Positions 42,738-45,755 of a stretch of 45,755 bases of DNA are shown here, one piece after another. Position 1 is the stretch's first letter. Each line of letters opens with the position of its first letter. Both the position numbers and the translations under genes were made by a program. The stretch is from the UHGV virus genome UHGV-0209863. One strand, written 5' to 3'. Source of the DNA: a virus. A model generated the notes under the pieces. It did no database searches, had not been told where the DNA came from, and worked only from the letters and a program-made list of their open reading frames with translations.

Positions 42738-43218
42738 TGACGACCTCCACGACCACTTTCTGGATTGGTTCGTTGCTCTGTTCTGATTCTTCTTTCGCAG
42801 CCTTCCAGCCGTGGCGGTCCTGCATGAACAGGTTTAACAGGCTCGTACCGATGCCTGCTGCGGCCAGCTCTACGGCGAAGGATTGTTGAAGCTGGCGGGC
42901 CATCTGATAGGCTTCTGCAAACTCCGGGTGGCGGCGCTGCCAGTCGTCCAGCACGCGGGTTGATACGCCGATGCTGTGGCACCAGCGGGCAACAGTAGGG
43001 ATTTTGCTTTTAGGGATAGCCTTCATGCTACCCTTCATGTCTTCGTTGATTTCCCACGACTCAGGATTGGCGAAGTAGTCGACGATGGCCTGGCAGTATT
43101 CAGGTCGGTAGTTAGTCGGGCGGCCAAAGACATAGCCCTCCGGCTTTTCCTTGTCGCCTGTTTTACGTGCTGGCGTCACACCGGCAACACCTTTCGGTTT
43201 AGCCTTGCCAATCTTCAT
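42712..43218 (-). CDS. terminase small subunit
   Basis: Likely start ATG 43218 (MKIGKAKPKG...) with an AGGAG RBS. The HTH stretch ARWCHSIGVSTRVLDDWQRRHPEF is typical of TerS. Confidence 0.6.
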   Translation of the reverse strand: MKIGKAKPKGVAGVTPARKTGDKEKPEGYVFGRPTNYRPEYCQAIVDYFANPESWEINEDMKGSMKAIPKSKIPTVARWCHSIGVSTRVLDDWQRRHPEFAEAYQMARQLQQSFAVELAAAGIGTSLLNLFMQDRHGWKAAKEESEQSNEPIQKVVVEVVSADKHKGD

Positions 43219-43291
43219 GGGGTAAATCTCCTGTCTGATGCGGTTATGACCATCATAACGCATGAGACGCGCCCTGCGCACCTCTGAGGGG

Positions 43292-43320
43292 ATTATATAG
43301 CGAGATATTGACAAAGGCAA
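43292..43320 (-). promoter_or_regulatory. late promoter for the packaging/structural operon (-35 TTGCCT, 17-nt spacer, -10 TATAAT)
   Basis: Read on the minus strand. A 17-bp palindrome GTTATGA-cca-TCATAAC (43243-43259) lies in the leader. Confidence 0.45.
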
Positions 43321-43343
43321 AAGAAGCCCGCAGAAGCGCGGGC
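43312..43343 (-). terminator. terminator-like hairpin immediately upstream of the late promoter
   Basis: On the minus strand: GCCCGC-loop-GCGGGC followed by UUCUUUUGCC. Confidence 0.45.
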
Positions 43344-43350
43344 AGGATGG

Positions 43351-43506
43351 TTAATTGTCTTGCAGAAGTTTAAGCGCGTTTGCTATCTCTTCGATAGGGT
43401 CATCTGCCTGGTTAAGTATCTCCCAAACGGAATCGTCGTCCTCAACTTCGTAGTATGCCCTGAGGGCGTCAAACAATACGCCATAGTTTAGTTGCGATAC
43501 TTTCAT
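43351..43506 (-). CDS. small acidic protein (51 aa)
   Basis: MKVSQLNYGVLFDALRAYYEVEDDDSVWEIL.... ATGA overlap with the upstream gene. Confidence 0.3.
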   Translation of the reverse strand: MKVSQLNYGVLFDALRAYYEVEDDDSVWEILNQADDPIEEIANALKLLQDN

Positions 43507-43724
43507 AACCCATTCGCTCTGTCAGTTCTGGTACGACCCCGGCGCGAGTACAGCACCGGGCTGGTTACAATATGCGTCATCAGGCGCCCGTTATAGATAA
43601 TATGTTTCCCGCAGTCCACGTCATCGCGGTACTTGGCGATAGTCATCTCGCTAAGACCGGTTGCGCGACACGCCGCAGCAATGCTGCCGTAGCGGGCGAT
43701 AAGTTCCGGGATGCTCGTGTTCAT
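43503..43724 (-). CDS. small HTH DNA-binding protein
   Basis: 73 aa. IAAACRATGLSEMTIAKY is HTH-like. Confidence 0.45.
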   Translation of the reverse strand: MNTSIPELIARYGSIAAACRATGLSEMTIAKYRDDVDCGKHIIYNGRLMTHIVTSPVLYSRRGRTRTDRANGL

Positions 43725-43969
43725 AAATGCACCTCCGGGAGTTTAAATTCAGCCATGTCAGCGGCGCGGATACAAAGCGATAAACAGTCGGCAAATACCA
43801 GTTCGCCATCTTCCAGAGTAACAAAAGCCCAGCCCTCAAACAGATTATCGCTGCACCAGGACGCACGGAGCGGGACATCTTCTGGCATTGCTACCGGAAA
43901 CTCCGGGTAGTGTTCCGCAACCCACTCCATAGCGTTGCAGCGATTGATATGGTACTTGTCATACATCAT
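43721..43969 (-). CDS. hypothetical protein
   Basis: 82 aa ORF with 4-nt overlaps. Confidence 0.4.
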   Translation of the reverse strand: MMYDKYHINRCNAMEWVAEHYPEFPVAMPEDVPLRASWCSDNLFEGWAFVTLEDGELVFADCLSLCIRAADMAEFKLPEVHL

Positions 43970-44154
43970 AAACGCCCCTCTTCAAACTCTTCTCGCATCT
44001 GCTTCTCCGCTTCTTCGTTGCGTAGATACTCCAACAGCATACGATAAGCTTCGAGCTGGTATTCTTCGAGGATAGATAACTGGCAGCCGGCCTGATAATG
44101 CTCCAGGAGCTTAATCTTTTGGTTAAGGGATTCTTTAGTTACGTTTGGCATCAT
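43966..44154 (-). CDS. hypothetical protein
   Basis: 62 aa ORF. Confidence 0.4.
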   Translation of the reverse strand: MMPNVTKESLNQKIKLLEHYQAGCQLSILEEYQLEAYRMLLEYLRNEEAEKQMREEFEEGRL

Positions 44155-44389
44155 ATGCCTCCGCGTAACCGGCCATAATCGCCTCTTTAAGCATTGAGCC
44201 CGTTGCGCTTTCCGGCTTGTTCAGATTGTACCGGTTGCAAATCTCCCGGCGCGCCTCTTGTGCCTTAGCAAGAGCTGCTTCCAGAGTAGCAATATGCCCG
44301 TCACACTGTTTCAGCTTGTGCTCGCCTTCGAATCGGTCGTAGCACTTGGCCGCCGTGATGCATGCGGCTTCATATTCCTGGTTAGTCAT
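44135..44389 (-). CDS. hypothetical protein
   Basis: 84 aa ORF. Confidence 0.4.
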   Translation of the reverse strand: MTNQEYEAACITAAKCYDRFEGEHKLKQCDGHIATLEAALAKAQEARREICNRYNLNKPESATGSMLKEAIMAGYAEAYDAKRN

Positions 44390-44398
44390 AACGCACCC

Positions 44399-44599
44399 CT
44401 AATAGCACATGTAGTAAATGTCATCACTAGCCATCTCGTCGGCGTCGTCTTGATTAACTATTTCGACGTCCTCATAATCCCAGGCCAATGCCATCTGTCT
44501 GGCCATTGCGCGACGTTTACGTTTACAGTTACGCATGTCTCTAAATACGCACAACTCTTTATCGTAAGCACGCACCATTCTTTTGATATGACTTTTCAT
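44399..44599 (-). CDS. hypothetical protein with acidic C-terminus
   Basis: 66 aa ORF. Confidence 0.4.
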   Translation of the reverse strand: MKSHIKRMVRAYDKELCVFRDMRNCKRKRRAMARQMALAWDYEDVEIVNQDDADEMASDDIYYMCY

Positions 44600-44763
44600 T
44601 TCCGTTTCTCCAGCAGTCGGTCCAGATGGCGGTTGTTATTCACAGAGCCGAAGCTATTGCGTGCCAGCAGTTCTTCGCGGCTCGGCATCGGGCGGTTCAG
44701 CTTATCGTACTTAGGTGCTGCCGTGGTAGTGCCATATTGCTGGTAGTCGTATTGGTCAAACAT
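44596..44763 (-). CDS. small protein (55 aa)
   Basis: MFDQYDYQQYGTTTAAPKYDKLNRPMPSREELLARNSFGSVNNNRHLDRLLEKRK. ATGA overlaps. Confidence 0.3.
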   Translation of the reverse strand: MFDQYDYQQYGTTTAAPKYDKLNRPMPSREELLARNSFGSVNNNRHLDRLLEKRK

Positions 44764-44951
44764 CAGAGCACCTCCTCGGCGTAAACTTCAGCGCCATCAC
44801 AGTAGATATTGTCAGGATGGCCCAAAGCTAATTTACGGCAGCGCTCAATTTCCGCGGCCCGTGTCTCTGCTTTAGCCTTTGTGTCAAATACTGAGTCGAT
44901 AGACTCGCCTTCATAGTCATAAACTCGGCATACGATATAAACGTGCATCAC
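44763..44951 (-). CDS. hypothetical protein
   Basis: 62 aa ORF. Two further tiny ORFs, about 43 aa at 44949-45080 and about 47 aa at 45082-45222, are coupled upstream. Confidence 0.4.
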   Translation of the reverse strand: MMHVYIVCRVYDYEGESIDSVFDTKAKAETRAAEIERCRKLALGHPDNIYCDGAEVYAEEVL

Positions 44952-45255
44952 TTCTTCCCCTTATACGCAGCTTTCAGTGCCTGCATCGCGGCGAACCAGA
45001 AAGCGCTGTCCAATTTACCCACGGCAATGCGAGCCATGATTTGTGCGTCTTCGAAAGCGAGTTTGTCGTGGATGGTCATTCTGCAATCTCCCCGGTACGC
45101 GCGAAGGCTACGGCTTCACTTTGGGTAGCGAAGTATCTTTTGCACTCGCCGTAGATGCCGACCCACGGCAGATGATAAGTAAAGTCCTTATACACACGAC
45201 CAGTAACGATTACGTTTTCCATTATCTTCGACCTCATGTTGTATGGTGTAATCAG

Positions 45256-45284
45256 ACTATAGGCCGGTCATAGATATTATGCAA
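45256..45284 (-). promoter_or_regulatory. sigma70-type promoter (-35 TTGCAT, 17-nt spacer, -10 TATAGT) for the small-gene cluster
   Basis: On the minus strand: TTGCAT at 45284-45279 and TATAGT at 45261-45256. Confidence 0.5.
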
Positions 45285-45303
45285 CTATTATTTACGAATA
45301 AGA

Positions 45304-45327
45304 TAAAAAAAAGCCCCTCACGGGGCT
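45304..45327 (-). terminator. rho-independent terminator
   Basis: On the minus strand: AGCCCC-GUGA-GGGGCU followed by U8. Confidence 0.55.
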
Positions 45328-45330
45328 TCG

Positions 45331-45624
45331 TCAGAAGTAGTTGCGAACCTCAAGCACAAGGTCCTGAATTTCTCCGATAAGGTTCTTCTGTTCCGAGTTT
45401 TTAACAGACAGTCGGCCGAAGAAACCTTCGGGCGGCAGCGCCGTGGCCCCTACACCGCCATTAATCCCCCTGGCACCGATAAGATAATCTCGAAGTTCTG
45501 CAACCTGTGATTTCAGCTCGACAAGAGAGTCGATGTTGCCGTCCATATCGGCTTCTATTCTGGAGCCTGTATCAGGTTCGCGGCTTACGTTCACACTGAC
45601 AGTCATTTCACCTACATTAGCCAT
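45331..45624 (-). CDS. hypothetical protein
   Basis: 97 aa ORF followed by a terminator. Confidence 0.45.
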   Translation of the reverse strand: MANVGEMTVSVNVSREPDTGSRIEADMDGNIDSLVELKSQVAELRDYLIGARGINGGVGATALPPEGFFGRLSVKNSEQKNLIGEIQDLVLEVRNYF

Positions 45625-45705
45625 TTCTGTATCCTCATTGTAGTTGACAGAGGAAGGCTACCATTCGGCCCGTAAGATGTTAAGCAAGTAATATTTATCG
45701 TTACC

Positions 45706-45734
45706 ATAAAAAAAGCCCCGAGGGTTAGTCGGGG
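45706..45734 (-). terminator. rho-independent terminator for a gene beyond the window end
   Basis: On the minus strand: GCCCCGA-loop-UCGGGGC followed by U7. Confidence 0.5.
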
Positions 45735-45755
45735 CAAAGGCTGGCTGCTTGAAAT

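Noticed and set aside
1-45755. Prophage or lysogeny module
   Set aside because: No integrase, CI-like repressor, attachment site or flanking host genes are seen. Only a Cro-like HTH is present, so I treat this as a virulent phage.

Overview
The window looks like most of the genome of a virulent, tailed dsDNA phage (siphovirus-like) of an enteric host, with about 50-55% GC. No integrase or CI-type repressor is visible; a Cro-like HTH is present. As a guess, the architecture resembles Jersey-like (Guernseyvirinae) or related lytic enterobacterial siphoviruses.

Layout:
- 1-7.5 kb, minus strand: T4-type endolysin with two membrane proteins, about ten small early ORFs, an AEP primase / RecA-like helicase fusion, and a Cro-like HTH.
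- 7.5-18.5 kb, plus strand: early promoter, then acidic small proteins, a Dam-type N6-adenine methyltransferase, a DUF2800 (Cas4-like) nuclease, an HNH-AP2 homing endonuclease, an SSB-like DUF2815 protein, a family-A DNA polymerase interrupted by an intein with an HNH homing endonuclease, a VRR-NUC nuclease, a C5-cytosine methyltransferase and an SNF2 helicase.
- 18.5-43.3 kb, minus strand: tailspike with a beta-helix, J-like tip protein, NlpC/P60-like protein, distal tail protein, tape measure, G/GT chaperone, major tail protein, connector proteins, Ig-like proteins, HK97-type capsid, scaffold, Rz/Rz1-type spanins, MuF-like protein, portal, TerL and TerS. Three opposite-strand moron islands interrupt this block.
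- 43.3-45.7 kb, minus strand: a promoter-driven cluster of tiny translationally coupled ORFs.

Most notable:
- The polymerase intein, whose splicing blocks and endonuclease lie in different reading frames. This may be a fractured gene with a split intein and a free-standing homing endonuclease gene.
- An HTH-metallophosphoesterase moron behind an operator-like repeat array.
- A C5-methyltransferase and an HNH-AP2 gene, each with internal frame switches.
- A tandem pair of perfect 18-bp palindromes in the early region.
- A repeat-rich candidate origin next to the primase gene.
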